Source: Gammaproteobacteria bacterium (GTDB lineage Bacteria; Pseudomonadota; Gammaproteobacteria; Tenderiales; Tenderiaceae). From it: DNA of 64,000 nt. How positions within the stretch are numbered: the stretch's first letter is position 1; the number at the start of each line of letters is the position of its first letter. A program made the translations under genes and the position numbers. The stretch lies in assembly GCA_016200485.1 (NCBI GenBank), contig JACQEP010000016.1:139067-203066 (forward strand), in the 5' to 3' direction. The notes under the pieces were generated by a model. It did not search any database. It was not told the DNA's origin and saw nothing but the letters and a program-made list of their open reading frames with translations. Below are positions 27,806 through 45,250 of this stretch, one piece after another.

Positions 27806-28870
27806 TCAGCGATGATATTGCGCACTCAGTTCATGCACGGCATCAACAAAGGCGCGCGCGCGCTCCGGCTCCACATGTTGATGAATTCCATGTCCAAGAT
27901 TAAACACATGGCCATTACCCGGCCCAAAGCTGGCGAGGATCGCACCGACTTCGCGGTGAATGCGCTCAGGCGACGCATAAAGTACGCTCGGGTCCATGTT
28001 GCCTTGCAGCGCCACTTTATTGCCGACGCGTTTGCGCGCTTCGCCGATATCGATGGTCCAGTCGACCCCCAATGCGTCACAACCCGTCGCCGCCATATCT
28101 TCCAGCCAGGCGCCACCACCCTTGGTAAACAGAATCACCGGCACCTTACGGCCTTCGGCCTCACGTGTCAGACCATCGACAATCTGCGCCATGTAACGCA
28201 GCGAAAATTCTTTGTAGTCACGCGGCGTCAGCACGCCGCCCCAAGTGTCGAAAATCATCAATGCTTGTGCACCAGCGGCGACTTGAGCATTCAGATAACT
28301 GATCACACTGCGGGCCGTAACATCGAGCAACTGATGACACAAGGCGGGCTGGTCATACATCATGCCCTTGATCTTGGCGAATTCCTTGGTGCCACTGCCT
28401 TCGACCATATAGGTCGCCAAGGTCCACGGGCTGCCGGAAAAACCGATCAGCGGCACGCGGCCATTCAATTCCCGGCGAATAGTACGCACGGCATCCATCA
28501 CATACTTCAATTCCCCTTCTGGATCAGGCACGCCAATGCGCTGCACATCGGCAGCGGTGCGTACCGGCTTGTCAAAACGCGGGCCTTCGCCGGTTTCAAA
28601 ATGCAGCCCCAAGCCCATCGCATCGGGAATGGTGAGAATGTCGGAGAACAGAATCGCGGCATCCAGCGCGAAGCGATCCAGCGGCTGAATTGTCACTTCA
28701 CAGGCCAGCTCCGGCGACTTGCACAGATCCATGAAGCTGCCCGCCTTTTCGCGCGTGGCACGATATTCAGGCAGATAACGGCCGGCCTGACGCATCATCC
28801 ACACTGGCGTGACATCGACGGGCTGGCGCATCAGTGCGCGGAGGAAACGATCGTTTTTCAATTCTGTCAT
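27806..28870 (-). CDS. hemE: Uroporphyrinogen decarboxylase
   Basis: [27 protein letters not shown]. Confidence 0.98.
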   Translation of the reverse strand: MTELKNDRFLRALMRQPVDVTPVWMMRQAGRYLPEYRATREKAGSFMDLCKSPELACEVTIQPLDRFALDAAILFSDILTIPDAMGLGLHFETGEGPRFDKPVRTAADVQRIGVPDPEGELKYVMDAVRTIRRELNGRVPLIGFSGSPWTLATYMVEGSGTKEFAKIKGMMYDQPALCHQLLDVTARSVISYLNAQVAAGAQALMIFDTWGGVLTPRDYKEFSLRYMAQIVDGLTREAEGRKVPVILFTKGGGAWLEDMAATGCDALGVDWTIDIGEARKRVGNKVALQGNMDPSVLYASPERIHREVGAILASFGPGNGHVFNLGHGIHQHVEPERARAFVDAVHELSAQYHR

Positions 28871-28883
28871 GCAATAAATCTCT

Positions 28884-29025
28884 CAACGCAGAGACGCGGA
28901 GGCGCGGAGACGCAAAGGGAGCTAAAATTGTTAATGGGATATTCATGCTTATCAACCACTAACAAACTGACAAGGACAAACGCCCCAGTTCCAGCTCCTC
29001 TCTGCGTCTCCGCGCCTCCGCGTTG
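28884..29025. repeat. Miniature inverted-repeat element 1 (CGCRRAG units)
   Basis: CAACGCAGAGACGCGGAGGCGCGGAG ... CTCTGCGTCTCCGCGCCTCCGCGTTG. Confidence 0.8.
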
Positions 29026-29030
29026 GGTTT

Positions 29031-30455
<1,425 letters not shown>

Positions 30456-30474
30456 TTACATCATCACGCATCAA

Positions 30475-34923
<4,449 letters not shown>

Positions 34924-35019
34924 AGCGGATCACACTAACTGGTTGATTGATATGAGCTCATCGTTGCGCCAAACCCCGCCTGCCGACGCCTGCATAGTTG
35001 CGGCACAAAAGGGGTCAGG

Positions 35020-35049
35020 AGTATACCTCCCCTCAGCCCCGGGACGCAA
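35020..35049 (-). promoter_or_regulatory. Putative sigma-70 promoter of gltB
   Basis: TTGCGT-N18-TATACT on the minus strand. Confidence 0.5.
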
Positions 35050-35109
35050 ACCACCGACCTCAAACCTGTCTAGCGCATGGGTTTACATTTATATAGACAA
35101 CGATGAAGG

Positions 35110-36612
35110 TTACTTTGCTGCTTGCCTAACACTATCGAAATTACGGATCCAGGGTTTGTTTAACCCCCAGTCCTGCATGACTGTCGTCGCGGCTTTTTGG
35201 GCCTGTTCCTGGCTCGGGTAACTGCCATACACCAATACCGTCAGCAGCTTACCGTTACGCTTCACTTGGAACGTAGCGCTGTCTTTCTCGATCCTGCGCT
35301 CCTTGATGAAATTCTGAACCTTGGCGGCATCTTCCATTGCCATTAACTGCAAGGTGTAATGATTGCCGCCTTGAGCCTGGAGCCAGGCTTGATCCGGTTT
35401 ACCATTGGCGGCGACCTCGAGCTTAGGCTTGGTCGGCGCTTCTGCCGCTGGGGCGGGTGCTACTGGAGCTGCCTTGGTCGCTGCAACGGCAGCAGCAGGC
35501 GCAAACTCTGTTTTTGGCTTGGTTTCAACCATTGGCGCGGGCTTGGTCGTTGCCGTCGAAGCCACAGGGGCATCAATCACTGGTTTTGCTGCTGGCGCAG
35601 TTACTTCGGCCACAGGCTCGGCCGGCGTCGACTCGGCCTCCTCCCGCCGGATATCACCCTTCAATTGCGGCACAGGCAAGGGCTGCACGGCGGCCACTTC
35701 TTGGCTCACTGTCGCTGTAGGCTGCGCCGATGGCGTAAACAGCTGGTTAATCTTGTTCTGCCAAATCAGAACTGCTCCAGCACCCGTAATCAACACACTG
35801 ATCCCCAGCCACCGCCATGGCAGATTCGTGGCAAATCGGCGGCTACCGCCGCGCGACTTGGCCAACACCTCGCGCGCTTGCTGATTGATTTGTGCCGGAA
35901 TCCCTTGCGAACGTTTGTAAATCCGCCGCAGCACTGAGTCACTGAACGCACCCAGCTCATAATCGGCATCGGCGATCGTCAGCCGATGCCGCACATAATC
36001 GGCGGTGGCCCGTTCATCCAGAGGATCAATGCGCACGGTGTATTCAGCCGGTTGCGGCAAAACAGCCAGGAGTTTGGCCAATGACTCGGTCACCCCGGAG
36101 AGAATCAGATCCAAGCCTATCTGGCTGCGTTCATCCCGCAACAACGCTTGTAACAGCGCGATCACTTCCTCGCCTAGCAAATCCGCATTTTCCAGTACAA
36201 TAATGGCACGCCGGCCGCTACGACCCAGCTGCTGCATGTAAAAGCCCAGCTCTTCCAGCGTCTCCTGACGCGACCATTTGGAATTGACCCGCACGCCGAT
36301 TTGTGTGGCCAGATCGCGTAAAAATTCATCGGCGCCGGTCAAAGAATGGCAACGAATCACACCCACGCGCCAATTCTCGCTGGTACGTGCCACAAGTTGT
36401 GCCAACAGACATGACTTACCAACACCAGCCGGACCTTCAACGGCGATCAGGCGATAATGCGGCGCTAAGTGGATGAGCTTATTGAGGCTGAGCTTACGGT
36501 TTTCATCGAGAAAATAACGGTCTTCCACGACCTGATCGGAAAACGGATCGCGCGCTTCTACCAAAAAGGAATCAGCGGCGGTTAGCGGCACACTGTCAAA
36601 ATCGATATCCAT
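35110..36612 (-). CDS. AAA ATPase + SPOR domain protein (DamX-like)
   Basis: GPAGVGKS, TM helix, Pro/Ala linker, HYTLQL...YGSY...KPWIR SPOR; usual position between aroB and gltB. Confidence 0.88.
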   Translation of the reverse strand: MDIDFDSVPLTAADSFLVEARDPFSDQVVEDRYFLDENRKLSLNKLIHLAPHYRLIAVEGPAGVGKSCLLAQLVARTSENWRVGVIRCHSLTGADEFLRDLATQIGVRVNSKWSRQETLEELGFYMQQLGRSGRRAIIVLENADLLGEEVIALLQALLRDERSQIGLDLILSGVTESLAKLLAVLPQPAEYTVRIDPLDERATADYVRHRLTIADADYELGAFSDSVLRRIYKRSQGIPAQINQQAREVLAKSRGGSRRFATNLPWRWLGISVLITGAGAVLIWQNKINQLFTPSAQPTATVSQEVAAVQPLPVPQLKGDIRREEAESTPAEPVAEVTAPAAKPVIDAPVASTATTKPAPMVETKPKTEFAPAAAVAATKAAPVAPAPAAEAPTKPKLEVAANGKPDQAWLQAQGGNHYTLQLMAMEDAAKVQNFIKERRIEKDSATFQVKRNGKLLTVLVYGSYPSQEQAQKAATTVMQDWGLNKPWIRNFDSVRQAAK

Positions 36613-36681
36613 GGCATTGGCACCCGCAAACTAAGAACGGCAGTGCCACAAATCTAGCATGAAAAACCCTGTAGAGGGGAA

Positions 36682-36705
36682 GTAGGGGCGATTCACGAAT
36701 CGCCC
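36682..36705. repeat. REP palindrome (family A)
   Basis: GTAGGGGCGATTCACGAATCGCCC. Confidence 0.8.
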
Positions 36706-36712
36706 AATGCGA

Positions 36713-36964
36713 CTAATTTTCGCGCAGCCCTTCGACAAATACCACCCGGTAACCCTTCTTGACCTGGGCATCACGGGTCGCGAGCAGGGCCGATTCAGCC
36801 TGCTCGCGACTGGGATAATGCTCGCGTTTGAGCCGCCCACCCGAACCCTGATAGCCCCATTCTTTCACCAACGACCAGCCTTCCAGCAAATCCGGCTGTA
36901 AAAACAAGTGGTAAAAGCGCGGCGCCTCTTCGGCAGCGGGCGGGGTTTGTAAATAAATTCTCAT
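36713..36964 (-). CDS. Stand-alone WGR domain protein
   Basis: RFYHLFLQPDLLEGWSLVKEWGYQG...QVKKGY. Confidence 0.85.
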   Translation of the reverse strand: MRIYLQTPPAAEEAPRFYHLFLQPDLLEGWSLVKEWGYQGSGGRLKREHYPSREQAESALLATRDAQVKKGYRVVFVEGLREN

Positions 36965-36975
36965 GCCATTCTTTC

Positions 36976-38139
36976 TTAGGTGAGCGCCGCCGGACTAAAC
37001 ATCCGATCATGTTCAAGAATGGCATAGCGATCCGTCATCCCGGCGATGTAATCGGCCACCGCCCTCGCTCGCCCGGGCTCTCCCTGCTCGACTTCAAAAT
37101 AACGAGCATGTTCGGCCTGTTCTGGCGGCAACAATTTCGGTTCGGCCATGAACGCGGCAAACAAATCGCGGATGACACGACTGGCCTTGCTGGTCATGCG
37201 CTGTACGCGGTAATGCTGATAGAGATTGTGGCGCAGGAAGCGTTTCAATTCGGAATTCAGCTGCCGCATCGGTTCACTGAAGCTGACTAATGGCTGCTGC
37301 TGTTGACGCACATCATCAATGCTTGCCGGTTGAATCTGAGCCAGCGTGGCGCGCGTGTTGTTGACCAAATCACTGACCTGGGCATTGATCATGCGGCGAA
37401 TGATTTCATGTGTCTGACGCCGGCCACCCAGTTCGGGATATCGCTGCGCCACTTCATCGTGCTGACGGCGAAATAACTCGATTTCACACAACTGCTCGAC
37501 GCTAATCAACCCGGCGCGCAGGCCATCGTCAACATCATGATTGTTATAGGCAATTTCATCGGCCAGATTGGCGAGTTGCGCCTCCAGACCGGGCTGGCGC
37601 TTTTCCAGAAACCGTTGCCCCAGATCGCCAAGCGTTGCCACCTTACCAAGACTGCAATGTTTAAGTATTCCCTCGCGCGTTTCAAAGGTGAGATTCAAGC
37701 CGGGAAAATCGGCATATTTTTCTTCCAGCTCATCCACCACACGCAACGATTGCAGATTGTGTTCGAAACCACCGTAATCACGCATGCATTCATTCAACAC
37801 ATCCTGCCCCGCATGGCCAAACGGCGTATGACCAAGATCGTGCGCCAGCGCAATCGCTTCCGTCAGATCTTCATTCAAGCCCAGCACGCGCGCAATCGAG
37901 CGCCCGATCTGCGCCACTTCAATCGAATGCGTGAGCCGGGTGCGGAACATGTCGCCTTCATGATTGACGAAGACCTGGGTTTTATACTCCAGACGCCGGA
38001 AGGCAGATGAATGGACGATGCGATCGCGATCGCGCTGATATTCACTGCGATACGTGGGCGCGGGCTCGGCATGACAACGTCCCCGCGAACGCTCTGGATG
38101 CGCCGCATAGACAGCAAGTGGCAATGTTCGCTCTTCCAT
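36976..38139 (-). CDS. dgt: dGTP triphosphohydrolase
   Basis: [46 protein letters not shown]. Confidence 0.96.
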   Translation of the reverse strand: MEERTLPLAVYAAHPERSRGRCHAEPAPTYRSEYQRDRDRIVHSSAFRRLEYKTQVFVNHEGDMFRTRLTHSIEVAQIGRSIARVLGLNEDLTEAIALAHDLGHTPFGHAGQDVLNECMRDYGGFEHNLQSLRVVDELEEKYADFPGLNLTFETREGILKHCSLGKVATLGDLGQRFLEKRQPGLEAQLANLADEIAYNNHDVDDGLRAGLISVEQLCEIELFRRQHDEVAQRYPELGGRRQTHEIIRRMINAQVSDLVNNTRATLAQIQPASIDDVRQQQQPLVSFSEPMRQLNSELKRFLRHNLYQHYRVQRMTSKASRVIRDLFAAFMAEPKLLPPEQAEHARYFEVEQGEPGRARAVADYIAGMTDRYAILEHDRMFSPAALT

Positions 38140-38142
38140 TGA

Positions 38143-39222
38143 CTACTCCCGACATTGCTCCAACGTTTGGCGCAAGGCATCTGCTTTAAAATCCGCCGTC
38201 ACTACTGCTTCACCGATAGCGCGCAACAACACCAGACGCAACTGGCCTTCTTCAACCTTCTTGTCCACCGCCATCAAATCCAGCATCCGCTCCACACTCA
38301 GCGCCTTTGGCGCGCGCAAGGGTAACTTTGACCGCTGCAACAAGGCTTCGATTCGCTGCACAGCGGCGCGATCAATCCAGCCCAGGCGCGCCGACAAATC
38401 AGCAGCCATCGCCATCCCCGCCGCCACCGCCTCACCATGCAACCAGGCGCCATAACCCATGCCGGTCTCAATGGCGTGGCCAAAGGTATGCCCCAGATTG
38501 AGCAACGCACGCTGGCCTTGCTCGGTTTCATCTGCCGCCACCACTTCCGCCTTGTTACGACAAGAACGCTCGACGGCGCAAGCCAATGCCGCCGGATCAC
38601 GCGCCAGCAACTGATCGATATTATGTTCCAGCCAGACAAAAAATTCCGGATCACGGATCACGCCATATTTAATCACTTCGGCCATGCCTGCCGCCAACTC
38701 ACGATCAGCGAGCGTATTCAAGGTCTCGGTATCGGCAATCACACACCGCGGCTGATAAAAGGCGCCGATCATGTTTTTACCCAGCGGATGATTCACCGCC
38801 GTTTTGCCACCCACGGAAGAATCCACCTGCGACAGCAAGGTGGTGGGGATTTGCACAAACGGCACGCCGCGCTGATAACAGGCGGCGGCAAACCCCGCCA
38901 TGTCGCCGATCACGCCACCGCCGAGTGCGACGATGGTCGCCTTGCGTGAAAAGCGATGCTGCAACAAAGCCGTGAAAATGTCGTTGAGCACGGTCAGCGA
39001 TTTGTATTCCTCGCCATCGGGCAGGATCACTGCTTCCACGCGGCGCCCCGCAAGCGCTGTTTTCACCACATCCAGATACAGGGGGGCAACCGTAGTATTA
39101 GTCACAATCAACACCTCTTTGCCGCCAAGATAGGGCGCGATCAATTCTGCGCGGCGCAATAAATCACGGCCGATAAAAATCGGATAACTGCGCTCACCAA
39201 GCTCCACCGTGAGTGTTTTCAT
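38143..39222 (-). CDS. aroB: 3-dehydroquinate synthase
   Basis: [30 protein letters not shown]. Confidence 0.98.
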   Translation of the reverse strand: MKTLTVELGERSYPIFIGRDLLRRAELIAPYLGGKEVLIVTNTTVAPLYLDVVKTALAGRRVEAVILPDGEEYKSLTVLNDIFTALLQHRFSRKATIVALGGGVIGDMAGFAAACYQRGVPFVQIPTTLLSQVDSSVGGKTAVNHPLGKNMIGAFYQPRCVIADTETLNTLADRELAAGMAEVIKYGVIRDPEFFVWLEHNIDQLLARDPAALACAVERSCRNKAEVVAADETEQGQRALLNLGHTFGHAIETGMGYGAWLHGEAVAAGMAMAADLSARLGWIDRAAVQRIEALLQRSKLPLRAPKALSVERMLDLMAVDKKVEEGQLRLVLLRAIGEAVVTADFKADALRQTLEQCRE

Positions 39223-39242
39223 ACTGCCTTCATTCCCATGCT

Positions 39243-39800
39243 TCATTCGTAATCATGATCGGGGCTGATTCGCCGCACCAGATCACGCACCACCTCGCGC
39301 GCGCCGTGTTTATCGGTATCGATAATGACATCCGCCATTTCGCGATACAACGGATCGCGCTGTTCCAATATTGCCGCCAACCGACTCCGCGGATCATCGG
39401 TCTGCAACAACGGCCGGTTCTTGTCGCGCGCTGTGCGCTCAAAGAGGGTATCCAACGAGGCGCGCAGATAAACTACCATCCCCCGCGCCGCCAGGTGGCG
39501 GCGGTTGTCCGGATCCAACACCGCCCCACCCCCGGTCGCCAAGACGATACCGCGCCGCTGAGTCAGCTCATCAATCACCGCCTGTTCCCGCTTGCGAAAA
39601 CCCGCCTCACCCTCAATTTCAAAAATCAGGGGGATAGAGACGCCGGTACGGTGCTCAATTTCATGATCGCTATCGACAAATTCCCACGCCAGCCGCTTGG
39701 CCAGCTGCCGGCCAATCGTGGTCTTGCCGGCGCCCATCGGCCCGACGAGAAAGACATTCTCGTGTTTGGCGGCGGGGAATGGGTAGGTATCGAAATTCAT
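39243..39800 (-). CDS. aroK: Shikimate kinase
   Basis: [25 protein letters not shown]. Confidence 0.97.
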   Translation of the reverse strand: MNFDTYPFPAAKHENVFLVGPMGAGKTTIGRQLAKRLAWEFVDSDHEIEHRTGVSIPLIFEIEGEAGFRKREQAVIDELTQRRGIVLATGGGAVLDPDNRRHLAARGMVVYLRASLDTLFERTARDKNRPLLQTDDPRSRLAAILEQRDPLYREMADVIIDTDKHGAREVVRDLVRRISPDHDYE

Positions 39801-39854
39801 AGAGGAGAAAATGTATCAGAAACACGGCCCTAACGCTAAATTCTGCAACCCCAC

Positions 39855-39883
39855 AAAAGAACAGGGCCGCTGTTGCGGCCCTG
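39855..39883 (-). terminator. Rho-independent terminator after pilQ
   Basis: CAGGGCCGC-AACA-GCGGCCCTG followed by TTCTTTT on the minus strand. Confidence 0.75.
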
Positions 39884-39906
39884 GGTATCCTGCGAATGCC
39901 CACATG

Positions 39907-42096
39907 CTACTGAATCGATGAGCCCTCTTTAACGATCTTGGGCGTGATGAAGATCAGCAATTCTTCCTTGTTATCCGACTTGGTCGTCGAACGGAACATC
40001 CAGCCAATCAGCGGCAGATCACCGAAGAATGGCACCTTGGTCACGCCGTCGTTCTTCGATTGCTCATAAACCCCACCCAGGACCACGGTCTCGCCGTTCT
40101 GCACCAGCACCTGGGTATTGATCTCGCGGGTGTTGATACTGGGCACACCGTTATAAACAGTGCCCACACTGTCCTTATTGACCTTAAGATCCATGATCAC
40201 CCGGTCATCTGGCGTGATCTGGGGCGTAACCCGCAGGCTCAGCACTGCCTTCTTGAACGATACGGATGTTGAACCTGATGAAGAAGCTTCCAGATAAGGG
40301 ATTTCCACACCTTGCTCAATCAGCGCTTCTTTCTGGTTAGCCGTGATCACACGCGGCGTCGAGATCACCTCGCCCTTGCCCTCACTCTGCATCGCCGACA
40401 GCTCGAGATCGACCATGGTGCCAAATGGCAGCTTGGCCAAACCCATGGCGATCGAACCCGCCGGGCTCGTCACCGGCAGATTGACATTGAGCCGGCCCGG
40501 CGCAACCAAAGTTTCATTGTTAATGAGCTGATCGACAGCCGTGATGCTGCCGGACGTGACACTCTCGTGACCGCTGGACGTCATACCGGTATCCCGTGAA
40601 ATACCAAAACGGGCACCCAGATCTCTACCAAAATCGCTATTGGCGATTACGATACGTGACTCGATCAACACCTGCTTCACCGGAATGTCCAGAGATGCGA
40701 TCAGTTTGCGCGCCTGCGCCAGTTTGTCCGCAGTATCCTGCACTAATAAGGTATTGGTACGGGTATCGATGGACACACTGCCGCGCGACGACAAGACGCT
40801 GTTCTTCTCCGCCTTGAGCAGGGTGGCAATATCGGCCGCACGGGCATAATTAATTTGAATCATCTCGGAATACAGTGGCTCCAGCTCCTGGATCTGGCGC
40901 CGCGACTCAAGATCCTGTTTCTCGCGGGCAGCGATTTCATCCGCCGGACCGATGTAAACCACATTATCCGTCTTGCGCATGTCCAGACCCTTCGTCTTGA
41001 GGATGATGTCCAGCGCCTGATCCCACGGTACATTTTGCAAACGCAGCGTTAAGCTGCCTTTGACCGTATCGCTGGTTACCAGATTCATGTTGGTAAAATC
41101 AGCGATCAACTGCAATACTGCACGCACCTCAATATTCTGGAAATTCAGCGACAACCGGTCGCCGGTATAGCTCTTCTTTGGGCCGGCCGCCAGCATCTCC
41201 TTGTCTTTTTCATCGGTCTTTTTGACTTCGATAGTCAGCAGGTTGTCCGATTGAAAAGCCAAATGCTCATAGGCGCCCTTGGCGCTGATCAGCATCCGCA
41301 CACCACTGCCCTGACGCACCGTTTCAATATCCGTCACCGGCGTTGCAAAATCCGTGACATCCAAACGTTGCGACAGCTGTTCCGGCAAGGTGGCATCCAT
41401 GAAATCGACAGCGACCTTACCCGCTTCCTGATGAATATTGACGTTGGTGCCTGGATCGGAGAGCGTAACAATAATTCGGCCTTCGCCTTTCTCGCCACGA
41501 CGGAAATCAACGTTCTTGATCGAGCGGCCAACAGCAGGGGCATGCCCACTGACGACGGCAGACGGCCTGGTTTCGGCCATTGGCAGCATCGAGGTTGCCA
41601 CTTGCTCACTGGAATTGAGCACCACATAAATGTCATTACCCTCAACGCGCGTCTCATAAGGCACCAGACGCACGAGATTGAGCACCACACGAGTCCGGCC
41701 ATTAGCCTCCACTGCGCTTAGACTGCGGGCCACGCCGACGCCAATATTGGTATTGCGTTGTGGCAAGGCATTTTTGGTGCGCGCAAAATCAAAGGCGATG
41801 CGTGCTGGATTATCGATGGTAAAACTCAGCGGTTCGGACGCACCCTGCTTCATGGTAAATTTAATCTGCACCCGATTGCCGGCCAGATTCACAACATCTA
41901 CCGCCTGCAGCGCATTCTGATCCTGATTCGCAGTGGCCGTCTCGACAGGCGCCACAGCCTCCACCACCGGCGCTGTTTCAGCCGTTGCTTCTTCCTGCGC
42001 CAGCGCTACGCTCGGCAACAGCGATGCCAACAGCATCCACGCCAGTCGCGACTGATGCCGCCGCTCTTTAAAATTTGTCAGATCCGCTCGTATCAT
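39907..42096 (-). CDS. pilQ: Type IV pilus secretin
   Basis: AMIN domains, LSLNFQNIEVR, VPWDQALD, secretin C-terminus; start could extend to 42123. Confidence 0.97.
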   Translation of the reverse strand: MIRADLTNFKERRHQSRLAWMLLASLLPSVALAQEEATAETAPVVEAVAPVETATANQDQNALQAVDVVNLAGNRVQIKFTMKQGASEPLSFTIDNPARIAFDFARTKNALPQRNTNIGVGVARSLSAVEANGRTRVVLNLVRLVPYETRVEGNDIYVVLNSSEQVATSMLPMAETRPSAVVSGHAPAVGRSIKNVDFRRGEKGEGRIIVTLSDPGTNVNIHQEAGKVAVDFMDATLPEQLSQRLDVTDFATPVTDIETVRQGSGVRMLISAKGAYEHLAFQSDNLLTIEVKKTDEKDKEMLAAGPKKSYTGDRLSLNFQNIEVRAVLQLIADFTNMNLVTSDTVKGSLTLRLQNVPWDQALDIILKTKGLDMRKTDNVVYIGPADEIAAREKQDLESRRQIQELEPLYSEMIQINYARAADIATLLKAEKNSVLSSRGSVSIDTRTNTLLVQDTADKLAQARKLIASLDIPVKQVLIESRIVIANSDFGRDLGARFGISRDTGMTSSGHESVTSGSITAVDQLINNETLVAPGRLNVNLPVTSPAGSIAMGLAKLPFGTMVDLELSAMQSEGKGEVISTPRVITANQKEALIEQGVEIPYLEASSSGSTSVSFKKAVLSLRVTPQITPDDRVIMDLKVNKDSVGTVYNGVPSINTREINTQVLVQNGETVVLGGVYEQSKNDGVTKVPFFGDLPLIGWMFRSTTKSDNKEELLIFITPKIVKEGSSIQ

Positions 42097-42115
42097 TGCC
42101 TTGCCCTCTATGGGA

Positions 42116-42679
42116 TCACTCAACTATCGACATGGTTGCCGGGCGCTCCAACCAGCCGCCAAGTCCGTCCGGCACAATTTCAACCAACTCAATCTTTTCT
42201 TCATTCACGTTTAGAATGCGCCCATGGTTCTGGCCGAGATAATTGCCAGGCACCACTCGACTGACCAGTCCATCCGGGGTTTGCACCAGCGCAAACAATT
42301 GCTTGCCGCGCCGCATGGTGCCCACCATATGCAAGGTGTCCAGCGGGAAGCTTTCCATAGGCTCGCGGCGGCGCTCAAAATCAGGGTGCGGTCCAGTACC
42401 GGTATACTTTTTATTAGCACCGTTATTTTCCTGCGATAATTTTGTATCCCAAGTGACAAACGGATCATCCAAATTCATCGCTGCGTAGGCAAAATTCGCT
42501 GGCGGACTAAATTCCGGCATGGGTTCGATGCGACCCTTGTTCTTCGCCTTGACGTCGGCGATATAGCCCTGCAAATCGGCAAACTCACCGCTCGAACATG
42601 CTGCCAACAGCAACGTAGCCAATGACAACACCAATGACGTCCGCCACGACCGGGATCGATTATGATGATGAGCGCTCAC
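42116..42679 (-). CDS. pilP: Type IV pilus assembly lipoprotein
   Basis: Lipobox LAAC, REPMESFPLD, GNYLGQNHG. Confidence 0.95.
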   Translation of the reverse strand: MSAHHHNRSRSWRTSLVLSLATLLLAACSSGEFADLQGYIADVKAKNKGRIEPMPEFSPPANFAYAAMNLDDPFVTWDTKLSQENNGANKKYTGTGPHPDFERRREPMESFPLDTLHMVGTMRRGKQLFALVQTPDGLVSRVVPGNYLGQNHGRILNVNEEKIELVEIVPDGLGGWLERPATMSIVE

Positions 42680-43328
42680 TTGGCCTTCTCCTCACCCTTG
42701 GCGGATTTATCTTCTTCCATATAACGGAAAGTCTTGGCGGTGGCCGTCATCACCAAACGATTACTCTTCTTTTCCTTACCTTCTTTTGGAGTTATTGCAA
42801 TATCATTCAACGTCACAATCCGCGGCAAGGCTGCCACGTCACTGACGAATTTGCCAAAGTCATGATAGGTGCCTGTGACCTTGATATTGATCGGCAGCTC
42901 GGCATAAAACTCGGCAGGCACCTCGGGCACCGGCTTGAACAATTCAAAATTAAGCCCATTGGCAACGCCGGCCTGGGACACATCTACCAACAAGGCAGCC
43001 ACCTCCGTTTTACTCGGCAGCTGGCGCAGCATCGTGCCAAATGACTGTTCCATTTCCGTCATTTGCTGCTTGTATTCTTCAACATTCACCGCGCGGTAAT
43101 GTTTTTGCTCGAATGTTTGTTTCAGCTCTGCTTCTTTATTCCTGAGCGCCTCCAAGTTCGCCAATTGATTCTGGGTATCAAACCAATAGCCGGCAAACAA
43201 GACGGCGGCGCAGACAACAGCGATTGCCACCACCTTGACCGGCAACGGCCAGGCACCCGCATCGTTGAAATCGAGATTCTTGAATTGTTCGAGGTCAATC
43301 GACTTGAGGTCTTTTAGATTGAGGTTCA

Positions 43329-43329
<1 letters not shown>
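42676..43329 (-). CDS. pilO: Type IV pilus assembly protein
   Basis: WPLPVK, QLPSKTEV, EFYAELPI, LPRIVT. Confidence 0.95.
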
Positions 43330-45055
<1,726 letters not shown>

Positions 45056-45062
45056 CTACGGG

Positions 45063-45089
45063 TTATCGGGCATTCATGCCCATACTTAA
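45063..45089 (-). promoter_or_regulatory. Putative sigma-28 promoter 1 upstream of pilM
   Basis: TTAAG-N14-CCCGATAA. Confidence 0.5.
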
Positions 45090-45160
45090 GTCTCTTCACA
45101 AGAGCAATCATGCGATAATTCCAATAGTTAGTGCTATCCGTCAATCATTATGTGAACTAG

Positions 45161-45187
45161 TTATCGGTAACTGCCTGTCAAACATTA
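45161..45187 (-). promoter_or_regulatory. Putative sigma-28 promoter 2 upstream of pilM
   Basis: TAATGTTT-N11-ACCGATAA. Confidence 0.5.
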
Positions 45188-45250
45188 GCTGTACTACGGT
45201 AAGATACACGGCCATGTTCACTTTACCTTCGACCTGATCCGAGTCTATAC

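Noticed and set aside
35030..35080. GGGACGCAAA resembling part of a c-di-GMP-I riboswitch
   Set aside because: The upstream GGCAAAC/GAAA hairpin is absent, no gene follows on that strand, and the sequence is explained as the -35 box of the gltB promoter on the opposite strand.
36976..38139. dGTPase as an anti-phage system
   Set aside because: It sits in a housekeeping aroKB operon and looks like the common short dGTPase.
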